Source of the DNA: Rhodopila sp.
Lineage (GTDB): Bacteria > Pseudomonadota > Alphaproteobacteria > Acetobacterales > Acetobacteraceae
Direction: 5' to 3'
Length of the DNA: 64,000 nucleotides
Assembly: GCF_965277165.1 (NCBI RefSeq)
Contig: NZ_CBDICE010000005.1
Coordinates: forward strand, 344,443 to 408,442
This document shows, one piece after another, positions 50,044 to 58,656 of this stretch (within the stretch, counting starts at the first letter, position 1; every line of letters begins with the position of its first letter). Both the position numbers and the translations under genes were made by a program. The notes under the pieces are model-generated. The model saw only the letters and a program-made list of their open reading frames with translations, did not search any database and was not told the DNA's origin.

Positions 50044-50227
50044 GTGGCCAACCGTTAGCCCCGCCAGACCGTTGGCGCCGCCAAACCGTTAGCCTGCCAT
50101 ACCGTTATCTCGCCATACCGTTAGCCTCACCAAACCGCTAGCTCCGCCAACCGTCAGCCTCACCAAACCGCCAGCCCCGCCAAACCGCCAGCCCCGCCAA
50201 ACCGTAAGCCTCGCCAAACCGTAAGCC
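50044..50227. repeat. Imperfect tandem array, 11 units of 16-17 bp (consensus about CGCCAAACCGTTAGCCY)
   Basis: The ACCG cores occur at 50051, 50068, 50085, 50101, 50117, 50134, 50150, 50167, 50184, 50201 and 50218. The array fills the whole spacer between the CitE-like stop (50042) and the pepN RBS (GGAGAA, 50228-50233). Confidence 0.95.
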
Positions 50228-50236
50228 GGAGAACCC

Positions 50237-52870
50237 ATGCCCGCAGATGCCATCGCCACCGATGTCGCCCCGCAGGAAATCCGGCTGGCCGACTACGCGC
50301 CGCCAGCCTTCCTGATCGACACCGTGGACCTGCGCTTCGACCTTGACGAAGCCGTCACCACCGTCGTCGCCAACCTAAACCTGCGCCGCAATCCCGCCGC
50401 ACCTGCCGACGCCGCCCTGCATCTCGACGGCGAGGCGTTGACCCTGCTCCGCCTGACCCGCGACGGCGTACCCCTGACTGAAACCGACTACCACATCGTC
50501 AAGGCCGGCCTGGTCATCCCCGACATGCCCGACGCCTGCACGCTGCAAATCGAAACCCGCATCGCGCCAAAGGACAACAGCGAACTCAGCGGCCTCTACG
50601 TCTCCGGCGGCAACTATTTCACCCAGTGCGAGGCTCAGGGCTTCCGCCGCATCACCTACTTCCCCGACCGTCCTGATGTGATGTCGCGCTACACCACGAC
50701 CATCATCAGCGCCTGCCCGGTCATGCTGTCCAACGGCAACCCCGGCCCGACCATCCAGTTCGGCGACCGCCGCTCGGTCACCTGGACCGACCCGCATCCA
50801 AAACCATGCTACCTGTTCGCCCTGGTCGCCGGCGATCTCGTTTCTGTCAAGGACCATTTCACCACCCGATCCGGCCGCCCCGTCGAGCTCGGCGTCTACG
50901 TCCGCCGCGGCGACGAGGACCGCTGCGCCCACGCCATGCGCTCGCTAAAGACGTCGATGACCTGGGATGAAGAGGTGTTCGGCCTGGAATACGACCTCGA
51001 CGTGTTCAACATCGCCGCCGTGTCCGACTTCAACATGGGCGCAATGGAGAACAAGGGCCTCAACGTCTTCAACACCAAATACGTCCTCGCCCGGCCCGAG
51101 ACCGCGACCGACACCGACTACCAGGGCATCGAGACCGTCATCGCGCACGAGTATTTCCATAACTGGACCGGCAACCGCGTCACCTGCCGCGACTGGTTTC
51201 AACTGTCGCTGAAGGAAGGCCTCACCGTCTACCGCGATCAGGAATTCTCCGCCGACCAGGGCAGCCGGGCCGTCAAACGAATCGGCGACGTCCGCGGCCT
51301 GCGCGCGGCGCAGTTCCGCGAGGACGCCGGCCCGCTCGCCCATCCGGTGCAACCCGCGAGCTACATGGCGATCGACAACTTCTACACCGCGACCGTCTAC
51401 AACAAGGGCGCCGAGGTAATCCGCATGATGGCCACCATCATCGGCCGTCCGGCGTTCCGCCGCGGCATGGACCTCTACTTCGCCCGCCACGACAATCAAG
51501 CCGTCACCATCAATGATTTCGTGCAGGCCATGCAGGACGCATCAGGCGTCGATCTGCAAGACTTCAAATTGTGGTATCACCAAGCGGGCACGCCGGAAAT
51601 CTCGGTCGAGGATACCTACGATCCCGCAACAAAACGCTACACCTTGACGATCCGACAGAGCACCAAGCCCACCCCTGGCCAGCCGGACAAATATCCCCAG
51701 GTCATTCCGGTCGCCATGGGCCTGCTCGATGGCAACGGACAGCAACTCGCCACCCGGCTCCAAGGCGACCCCGACCCCGCGCCCGGCACCCGGATCCTGC
51801 TCGCCACACGGACGGAAAACCGCTTCGAATTCATCGACGTCGCCAGCCCCCCGGTGCCATCTCTGCTGCGCGATTTCTCCGCCCCGGTGAAGCTATCGGG
51901 CCTCGCGCCCGATCGTCTGCGCTTCCTCGCCGCGCACGACAGCGACCCGTTCGTGCGCTGGGAATCCGGCCAGCAATTCGCCGCCTCGGTACTGCTCGAC
52001 ATGGTCGCCGCCATCCAGGCCGGACGCGATCCAGTCACCGACCCCGCACTGATCGAGGCGATGGCGTCCACCCTGGACCAGGAACCTGCGTTCGCCGCCG
52101 AGGCCTTGGCGCTTCCCGGTGAAGCCTCGCTCGCCGACAAGATGAACGTCGTCGATGTCGATGCGATCCACACCGCCCGCGACACCGCCCGCAACGCGAT
52201 CGGCCAGGCACTCTGTGGCCAGCTGCGCGCCCTGTATGACACATTGACCGACAATGGTGGATACACCATCGACGGGCCGGCGATCGGCCGCCGCTCGCTG
52301 CGCAACGCCTGCCTCAGCTATCTGGTCGCCGGCGGCGATGCCCAGGCGGTGCCGCTCGCCAAGGCGCAGTTCGACACCGGCGCCAACATGACCGACGTGC
52401 TGGCCGCGCTTGCCATCCTGTCAGGCGTGGATTGCCCGCAGCAAGCCCAAGCACTGGATAGGTTCTACCAAGCCTGGCAAGGCGATCCGCTGGTGCTCGA
52501 CAAATGGTTCGCGATCCAGGCGCTGTCGCCGCTGCCCGCCACCGCCCAAGCGGTGCGCGACCTCAAGGCCCATCCCGACTTCGACCTGCGCAACCCCAAC
52601 CGGATCCGCGCCCTGGTCAGCAGTTTCGCCGCCAATCAGGTGCGCTTCCACGACCGATCCGGCGCCGGCTACCTCTTGTACGCCGACACCATCGTTCAGC
52701 TCGACCCAACCAACGGCCAGGTCGCCGCCCGCATGGTCTCGCCGCTGGGTCAGTGGCGCCGCTTCGACACCGTTCGGCAGCATCTGATGCAGGCTGAACT
52801 GCAACGGATTCTCGACTTGCCCGGCCTCTCGCGCAACACCTTCGAAATGGCCTCCAAGAGCATCGCATGA
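50237..52870 (+). CDS. pepN: Aminopeptidase N (M1 family)
   Basis: The 877-aa protein has GAMEN, the zinc motif HEYFHNWTGNRVT plus WFQLSLKEGLT, and full-length PepN organisation. Confidence 0.95.
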   Translation: MPADAIATDVAPQEIRLADYAPPAFLIDTVDLRFDLDEAVTTVVANLNLRRNPAAPADAALHLDGEALTLLRLTRDGVPLTETDYHIVKAGLVIPDMPDACTLQIETRIAPKDNSELSGLYVSGGNYFTQCEAQGFRRITYFPDRPDVMSRYTTTIISACPVMLSNGNPGPTIQFGDRRSVTWTDPHPKPCYLFALVAGDLVSVKDHFTTRSGRPVELGVYVRRGDEDRCAHAMRSLKTSMTWDEEVFGLEYDLDVFNIAAVSDFNMGAMENKGLNVFNTKYVLARPETATDTDYQGIETVIAHEYFHNWTGNRVTCRDWFQLSLKEGLTVYRDQEFSADQGSRAVKRIGDVRGLRAAQFREDAGPLAHPVQPASYMAIDNFYTATVYNKGAEVIRMMATIIGRPAFRRGMDLYFARHDNQAVTINDFVQAMQDASGVDLQDFKLWYHQAGTPEISVEDTYDPATKRYTLTIRQSTKPTPGQPDKYPQVIPVAMGLLDGNGQQLATRLQGDPDPAPGTRILLATRTENRFEFIDVASPPVPSLLRDFSAPVKLSGLAPDRLRFLAAHDSDPFVRWESGQQFAASVLLDMVAAIQAGRDPVTDPALIEAMASTLDQEPAFAAEALALPGEASLADKMNVVDVDAIHTARDTARNAIGQALCGQLRALYDTLTDNGGYTIDGPAIGRRSLRNACLSYLVAGGDAQAVPLAKAQFDTGANMTDVLAALAILSGVDCPQQAQALDRFYQAWQGDPLVLDKWFAIQALSPLPATAQAVRDLKAHPDFDLRNPNRIRALVSSFAANQVRFHDRSGAGYLLYADTIVQLDPTNGQVAARMVSPLGQWRRFDTVRQHLMQAELQRILDLPGLSRNTFEMASKSIA

Positions 52871-53589
52871 CCAGCTTCTGCGACCACGCCTGGCAAAGCA
52901 CCACCGAACTGCGCGCCGCCATCCATGCCTTGCCGTTCAACCGCGAACTCGCCGCCGGCACGCTCGATCCGGCCAGGTTCGGGTTCTACATCACGCAGGA
53001 TGCACTCTATCTCGACCAATACGCCCGCATCCTGGTGATCGCCGGAGCCAAGGGGCCGGACGGCGCCACCTTGCGCCTATTCGGTGAATGCGCGCTGCAA
53101 GCCGTGGCGGTCGAGCAGGCCCTGCACGCCCAATATCTGACCCAGTCCGCCGCCGCTCCGGCGCCACCCGAACCATCACCCGCCCAACCATCTCCTGCCC
53201 AACCATCACCTGCCGAACCATCACCTGCCCTACCATCACCTGATTGTCTGAACTACACCAGCTTCCTGCTCGCCACCGCCTACCATGAACCGTGGGAGGT
53301 GCTGATGGCGGCGCTGCTGCCCTGCTTCTGGATCTACTGGGACGTCGGCAACGCCATCGCCCGAACCGCCGCCCCCGACAACAAATATCGCGCCTGGATC
53401 GGCACCTATTCCGACACCGCGTTCGGCGACGCCGTCCGCGCCGTCATCGCCGCGACCGACCGCGCCGCAGCCGCCGCAACCGATGGACTGCGCGCACGAA
53501 TGATGACCGCCTTCACCCGCTCCACCCAATACGAATACCTATTCTGGGACGGCGCCTACCAACAACGAGGCTGGCCGCTGTCAGACTGA
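52867..53589 (+). CDS. tenA: TenA/thiaminase II-family protein with a Pro/Ser-rich repeat insertion
   Basis: ATG 52867 overlaps the pepN stop (ATGA). TenA blocks are present (PFNRELAAGTLDPARFGFYITQDALYL, YTSFLLATA, LPCFWIYWDVG, EYLFWDGAY). The insertion reads PEPSPAQPSPAQPSPAEPSPALPSP. Confidence 0.85.
   Translation: MTSFCDHAWQSTTELRAAIHALPFNRELAAGTLDPARFGFYITQDALYLDQYARILVIAGAKGPDGATLRLFGECALQAVAVEQALHAQYLTQSAAAPAPPEPSPAQPSPAQPSPAEPSPALPSPDCLNYTSFLLATAYHEPWEVLMAALLPCFWIYWDVGNAIARTAAPDNKYRAWIGTYSDTAFGDAVRAVIAATDRAAAAATDGLRARMMTAFTRSTQYEYLFWDGAYQQRGWPLSD
53170..53244 (+). repeat. Five in-frame tandem 15-bp units inside tenA
   Basis: The units are GAACCATCACCCGCC, CAACCATCTCCTGCC, CAACCATCACCTGCC, GAACCATCACCTGCC and CTACCATCACCTGAT. 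Confidence 0.95.
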
Positions 53590-53637
53590 GCACGCGTGAT
53601 GACCGCACCCGGGTCGCTCCGTGACGCGGAACACGCG

Positions 53638-54120
53638 CTACTCTTCCCGGACGCCGGTCTCCGGGATCCCCTGCTCATTGCCGTAATACTTGAACGGCAG
53701 GAACTTTCCCGACATCGTAATCTTCACCCGGTCGCCCATCGGATTGGCCTCCCGATCGATCGCCACATCGAAGTCGATCGCCGACATGATGCCGTCGCCA
53801 AACTCCTCCTCGATCAACGCCTTCCAGGCCGGCCCATTCACCATCACCAGCTCATAGAACCGGTAAAGCAACGGATCAGTCGGAGGCATCGGGCTTCCGC
53901 GATACGGAACCTCGTTCAACATCCGCTGCTCGGCCGCGCTCAGCCCGAACAATGAAGCCGCCTTCCGTGCCAGCGGCTTGACCAGCTTCATCTGTCCGAG
54001 CAGCGCGCCGACAAGCAGTATTTCCGACATGCCGCCGATCTGCTCGCAGATATACTTCCAGGTCCAATCCTTCTCCCGCTTGATATCAAGGATTTTCTCG
54101 GTCAATTCCACTCGGGTCAC
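53638..54120 (-). CDS. cynS: Cyanase (cyanate hydratase)
   Basis: The 160-aa protein has an N-terminal HTH-like half and the conserved C-terminal block (RFYELVMVNGPAWKALIEEEFGDGIMSAIDF...GDRVKITMSGKFLPFK). Confidence 0.92.
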   Translation of the reverse strand: MTRVELTEKILDIKREKDWTWKYICEQIGGMSEILLVGALLGQMKLVKPLARKAASLFGLSAAEQRMLNEVPYRGSPMPPTDPLLYRFYELVMVNGPAWKALIEEEFGDGIMSAIDFDVAIDREANPMGDRVKITMSGKFLPFKYYGNEQGIPETGVREE

Positions 54121-54200
54121 CTGTCACCTCCATTGTATAGGCAATAAAGGATGGCAAATGTCCCGCCGAAAGGGAAGATCGCTCGCGATCCGAGATTCAG

Positions 54201-54449
54201 CTATGGGATATTCTTGTGCGACCCATCGCAAAGCGGCGCTTTGCCGCTTCCCTTGCATCCACAGAACGATACCGTGCGGCTCTCATCCGCTTCGAACTTG
54301 ATCGGGGCGAAGCCGGAACCCTTGTGTTTCCCGTCGCAGAACGGCTGCGTGCCGCTTTGGCCACAGGCGCACCACCAATAGGACTTTCCTGCTTCGACCT
54401 CGATCTTGTAGGACCCCTTCTGGGCAACGAGTGGCAGCGATTGCGACAT
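54201..54449 (-). CDS. CDGSH-type iron-sulfur domain protein (two CDGSH motifs)
   Basis: ATG 54449 follows GGAAGGAAAATGAT. The two motifs are WWCACGQSGTQPFCDGKHK and FCGCKGSGKAPLCDGSHK. Confidence 0.88.
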   Translation of the reverse strand: MSQSLPLVAQKGSYKIEVEAGKSYWWCACGQSGTQPFCDGKHKGSGFAPIKFEADESRTVSFCGCKGSGKAPLCDGSHKNIP

Positions 54450-54501
54450 ATCATTTTCCTTCCGTTGTCTCGGCCAGGCAAGTTGCCCACCATAAAGCGC
54501 C

Positions 54502-56196
54502 TCAGGCCGTCTCCACGCCATACAGATGGCATGCTTCCACCGCGGTAACGTAACCGTCCAGCAGGTCTTGGGAAAGGGCCGCCGGATCGCGTGCCGAAGG
54601 CGGCCCGTAACCCCCCGACCCCGGCGCCTCCATCACCACCAGTGACCCGGCCGGCGCCAGGAACCCGCCCTTGCTGGTCAGCCGGCGCGCATTCGATCGC
54701 GGCGCGATCAGTTCCAGCCGCGCCGCCGCCCCAGCCAGGCCGCCGTCCAAACCGAACGCCGGCGTGACCGTCCGCTCGCAGCAAACCGCGGCATGGGCCT
54801 GATTCTCCAGCACCCGCCACACCCGCCGCACCCCGAGCCCACCGCGATAGGTGCCGGCGCCGCCGCTGTCAGGCACCAGCGAATATTCTTCCACCCGCAA
54901 CGGAAAACTCATCTCCAGGATCTCGATCGGCGTGTTGCTCATGTTGGACACGGTGCTCGCCACCGCGTTTATGCCGTCCTTGATCGGCCGCGCCCCAAAC
55001 CCGCCCTTGACCGACTCGTAACTGACGAAACGATCGCCGCTGCGATAATCCACCCCACCGAAGGTGATCACCGCCGAAGTCCCCTGCGAACCCGCCATCA
55101 CCGAACGCGGGGTGATCGCAAACAGCGCCGCCATCACCATGTCCGCCACCCGGTGCGAGATCTCATGATTGGCGTAAACCACCGGCGAGGGATGCTGCGC
55201 GTTCACCACCGATCCCAGCGGCGCGGTGACCGTTACCGGACGCCAGCAACCGGAGTTCGGCGGGATCAGGCTGTTCGGGTCGGCGATCATCTTCAGCGCG
55301 CAGAACACCCCCGACGCGGTCACCGTCAGCGGCGCGTTCATCGGCCCTGCAACGGCACCGTCCGACCCGCTGAAGTCGGCGGTGATGGTATCGCCGCGCT
55401 TCACCACCTTGATATGAACCTTGAAGGTCTCGTCCTCGGCCTCTCCCGGCCCGATCACCCCGTCACCATCGAACACATCGGTGAATTCGGCTTCACCGTC
55501 AGGCAGCGCCCGCAGCGCCGCCCGCATCATCCTCTCCGAGTAATCCAGCACCTCCTGCATGATCTCCAACAGCGAGTCGGTGCCATACTTCGCCGCCAGC
55601 TCCCCCAGCCGCTGCGCCGCCCGATAGTTCGCCGCCACCTGCGCGCGCAGATCGCCCAGCCGCTCCGCCGGAGTGCGCACATTGGCCAGGATGATCGCCT
55701 CCACCGCCGGGTCCGGCCGGCCATCCCGATACAGCCGTACCGGCGGCAGGCGCAGTCCCTCGCCATAGATCTCAGTCACCGCGCCGTAACTGCCCGGCGT
55801 GGCACTGCCGATGTCAGGCCAGTGCGCACGGACGCAGCCGAATCCCAGCAGACGACCCTGATGGAACGCCGGCGCCACCACGTTCACGTCCGGCAGATGC
55901 GATCCCCCGTCATACGGATCGTTGTGGATGAACACGTCCCCCGGAACCACGTCGCCGAACGCCCGCACCACCGCGCGCACCGCATCCGGCATCGATCCCA
56001 GGTGGATCGGCAGATCTGGCCCTTGCGCCACCATGTTCCCATCAACGTCGAAAATGCCGCAGGAGTAGTCCCCCGCCACCTTCAGCAGCGGCGAATAGGC
56101 GGTTTTCGCCAGGACGATCTTCATCTCCTCGGCCGCCGAATAAAGCGCGTTCTTAACGACTTCGAAACAAGCCGGATCGCTTTTCAATGGCGCCAT
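54502..56196 (-). CDS. Hydantoinase B / oxoprolinase family protein (HyuB-like)
   Basis: The 564-aa protein has the typical N-terminal blocks (DPACFEVVKNALYSAAEEMKIVLAKTAYSPLLKVAGDYSCGIFD, NDPYDGGSHLPD). Confidence 0.88.
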   Translation of the reverse strand: MAPLKSDPACFEVVKNALYSAAEEMKIVLAKTAYSPLLKVAGDYSCGIFDVDGNMVAQGPDLPIHLGSMPDAVRAVVRAFGDVVPGDVFIHNDPYDGGSHLPDVNVVAPAFHQGRLLGFGCVRAHWPDIGSATPGSYGAVTEIYGEGLRLPPVRLYRDGRPDPAVEAIILANVRTPAERLGDLRAQVAANYRAAQRLGELAAKYGTDSLLEIMQEVLDYSERMMRAALRALPDGEAEFTDVFDGDGVIGPGEAEDETFKVHIKVVKRGDTITADFSGSDGAVAGPMNAPLTVTASGVFCALKMIADPNSLIPPNSGCWRPVTVTAPLGSVVNAQHPSPVVYANHEISHRVADMVMAALFAITPRSVMAGSQGTSAVITFGGVDYRSGDRFVSYESVKGGFGARPIKDGINAVASTVSNMSNTPIEILEMSFPLRVEEYSLVPDSGGAGTYRGGLGVRRVWRVLENQAHAAVCCERTVTPAFGLDGGLAGAAARLELIAPRSNARRLTSKGGFLAPAGSLVVMEAPGSGGYGPPSARDPAALSQDLLDGYVTAVEACHLYGVETA

Positions 56197-56272
56197 CGCA
56201 AACCCACCGCTCCCAGTCGCCTTGTTTTGATCGACGGTCGAGGCGAAACGCCACCATCCAACAGCGATCGCG

Positions 56273-56581
56273 TCAGCTTCGCCGGTGCGACCGATGCGAA
56301 GTCTTGCGGTTGGCGAAGGACATCGACAGCCCGACGCAAACGATCCCCGCCGAGGCCGGGACCAGCCAAGCCGGCCGCACCAGCAGTGGCTGGATCACCG
56401 ACGTCCACACCCAGGTGCCCAGGGTCCGGGTTGACCAGTCAGGCAGCTTGTCCAGTACGTCATGGTCCAGCATGTAGAGCGCCTGCCCCAGCGATATGCT
56501 TTCCGGCCCGAACGTCGCAACGGCGACGGCAGCGACCAGGAAAATGGCGGACATCACGGCCAGGACGCGTTGGGCAATCAC
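56273..56581 (-). CDS. Small membrane protein, unknown function (occupies the position where msrQ is expected)
   Basis: GTG 56581 overlaps the msrP stop (GTGA); ATG 56554 is the alternative. Hydrophobic spans are present, but the paired heme-ligand His residues of MsrQ are absent. Confidence 0.5.
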   Translation of the reverse strand: MIAQRVLAVMSAIFLVAAVAVATFGPESISLGQALYMLDHDVLDKLPDWSTRTLGTWVWTSVIQPLLVRPAWLVPASAGIVCVGLSMSFANRKTSHRSHRRS

Positions 56582-57495
56582 ATGAATAGCTTCTCTGTCT
56601 TCAGGTTAGCGTATAACGCAGCGACCTGTTCAGCATAGCCATTAAAAATCTGTGTTGGCACTCTTTCGTCGGTGCCCAGCAGCCGTTCCGTCGCCTGGCT
56701 CCACCTGGGGTGCGGAACCCCCGGGTTCACGTTCGCCCAGAAGCCATATTCCGATGGCCCGAGGGCTTCCCAGAATGTCATCGGACGCTTGTCGGTGAAG
56801 CTGATCTTCACGATCGCCTTGCCCGATTTGAAGCCGTATTTCCACGGCACCGTCAGCCGGATCGGCCCGCCGTTCTGCGGCGGCAGCGGCTTGCCATACA
56901 TCCCGGTGGAGATGAACGCCAGGTCATTGCCGGCTTCGGCGATCGTCACCCCCTCCACATATGGCCACGGATAAAGCGGCACATCCAGACCCGGCATCAC
57001 TTTGTTCTGTGCGGTCTCGAACACCACGTATTTGGCCGAACCCAGCGGCTCAGCCAGCTTCAGCAGCGCGGCGAGCGGAAAGCCGGTCCACGGCACCGTC
57101 ATCGCCCACGCCTCGACGCAACGGTGACGATAGACCCGCTGCTCCAGCGACACCTGCTTGAGCAAATCGTCGATAGCGATGGTGCGCGGCTGCTTCATCA
57201 TGCCGTCCAGCTTGATCGTCCACGGCCGCTGCTTCAGCGCCTGCGCGTCGCGCCAGATGTTCTTGCTGTCGCCGAACTCATAATAGTTATTGTAAGTGGT
57301 CGCATATTTCTCCTCGGTCAGCGGCCGCCCAGGCTTGTAGTCCTGCACCGTGGGGGTGTCGGCGTAAGCCATCATCGCCGGCAGCATGGTCATCGCCGTC
57401 GCGCCGGCCAGCACCGACCGGCGATGCAGCACCAGATGTTCCGGGGTGACCGCACGCTCCGCCACCTCCCAACCGTACCTTCGGATGATGTGCAT
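56578..57495 (-). CDS. msrP: Periplasmic protein-methionine-sulfoxide reductase, molybdopterin subunit (MsrP/YedY)
   Basis: Tat signal (HRRSVLAGATAMTMLPAMMAYA). YedY blocks are present (YNNYYEFG, HRCVEAWAMTVPWTGFPL, GGPIRLTVPWKYGFKS). Confidence 0.9.
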   Translation of the reverse strand: MHIIRRYGWEVAERAVTPEHLVLHRRSVLAGATAMTMLPAMMAYADTPTVQDYKPGRPLTEEKYATTYNNYYEFGDSKNIWRDAQALKQRPWTIKLDGMMKQPRTIAIDDLLKQVSLEQRVYRHRCVEAWAMTVPWTGFPLAALLKLAEPLGSAKYVVFETAQNKVMPGLDVPLYPWPYVEGVTIAEAGNDLAFISTGMYGKPLPPQNGGPIRLTVPWKYGFKSGKAIVKISFTDKRPMTFWEALGPSEYGFWANVNPGVPHPRWSQATERLLGTDERVPTQIFNGYAEQVAALYANLKTEKLFM

Positions 57496-57651
57496 GGCTA
57501 TCGCCCTTCCCGTATGCGCTTTTCTACCCGTCCGATACGAAGATTAGCCGCCGCCGGACAAGCCTATCTGGCCCTCGAATGCCGGATGGGACAGGATACA
57601 CCAAATTAAACATTAGATAGCCAGCCAAAACAATTCTCCAGGAGAACGCTC

Positions 57652-58656
57652 ATGCATCTCGCCCGATTTCCGCGGGTTCGCCTGTTCCCGGCGCCAACCC
57701 CGCTCGAGCGGCTGGAAAACCTGACGCGCACCCTCGACGGCCCCGAGATCTGGATCAAGCGCGACGACTGCACCGTCGTGGCCACCGGCGGCAACAAGGT
57801 GCGCAAGCTGGAATGGCTGATCGGTGAGGCCAAGGCGCAGGGCGCTACCCACGTCGTCACCCAGGGCGCGGTGCAGTCCAACCATGTCCGCCAAACCGCC
57901 GCGGTCGCTCGAAAAGTCGGCATGACCTGCACCGCGCTGCTCGAGCATCGGGTCGAAACCAACGATCGCGACTACCTCGGCAGCGGCAATGTGCTGTTGG
58001 ACAAGCTGTTCGGATGCAACATCGAATATCGCGCCGCCGGCCTCGACATGAACGCCGAAGCCGAGACAAAGGGCGCCGCCCTGCGCGCCGCCGGCGAGCA
58101 GGTTTACGTAATCCCCGGTGGCGGTTCCAACAAGGTCGGCGCGCTCGGCTATGTCTCCTGCGCCCAGGAACTGATGCAGCAGGCCGACGAAATGGGCTTG
58201 CGGATCGACCGCATCGTCACCGCCACCGGTAGTGCTGGAACCCATGCCGGCCTGCTGGTCGGGCTGGAGGGAATCAACGCCCAGGTTCCGGTGCTCGGCA
58301 TCGGCGTGCGGCTGCCGCGTGACCGCCAGGAGGAGAACGTCCACCGCCTGGCCCAGGACACCGCTCAGTATGTCGGGATGAAAGCCGGCGTGCCGCGCCA
58401 GGCCGTGGTCGCCAACTGCGATTATGTCGGCACCGGCTACGGCATCCCCACCCCAGCCATGCGAGAGGCCGTCCAGATGCTCGCCCAGCAAGAGGGAATC
58501 CTGCTCGATCCGGTTTACTCGGGCAAGGCAATGGCTGGGATGATCGACCTGATCCGCAAGCGCATCCTGCCCAAGCACGAGACCGTCGTGTTCCTGCACA
58601 CCGGCGGCGCCGTCGGCTTGTTCGGCTATACCAGCTTCATGGAGGCCGCCGGCTGA
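57652..58656 (+). CDS. PLP-dependent D-cysteine desulfhydrase / ACC deaminase family protein
   Basis: Family blocks are present, including the PLP-Lys motif (PTPLERL, IKRDDCT...[19 protein letters not shown]). Confidence 0.88.
   Translation: MHLARFPRVRLFPAPTPLERLENLTRTLDGPEIWIKRDDCTVVATGGNKVRKLEWLIGEAKAQGATHVVTQGAVQSNHVRQTAAVARKVGMTCTALLEHRVETNDRDYLGSGNVLLDKLFGCNIEYRAAGLDMNAEAETKGAALRAAGEQVYVIPGGGSNKVGALGYVSCAQELMQQADEMGLRIDRIVTATGSAGTHAGLLVGLEGINAQVPVLGIGVRLPRDRQEENVHRLAQDTAQYVGMKAGVPRQAVVANCDYVGTGYGIPTPAMREAVQMLAQQEGILLDPVYSGKAMAGMIDLIRKRILPKHETVVFLHTGGAVGLFGYTSFMEAAG

Noticed and set aside
50044-50227. Possibility that the tandem array is a CRISPR array.
   Set aside because: The units are only 16-17 bp and directly abut one another with no unique spacers. 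No cas genes are in the window.
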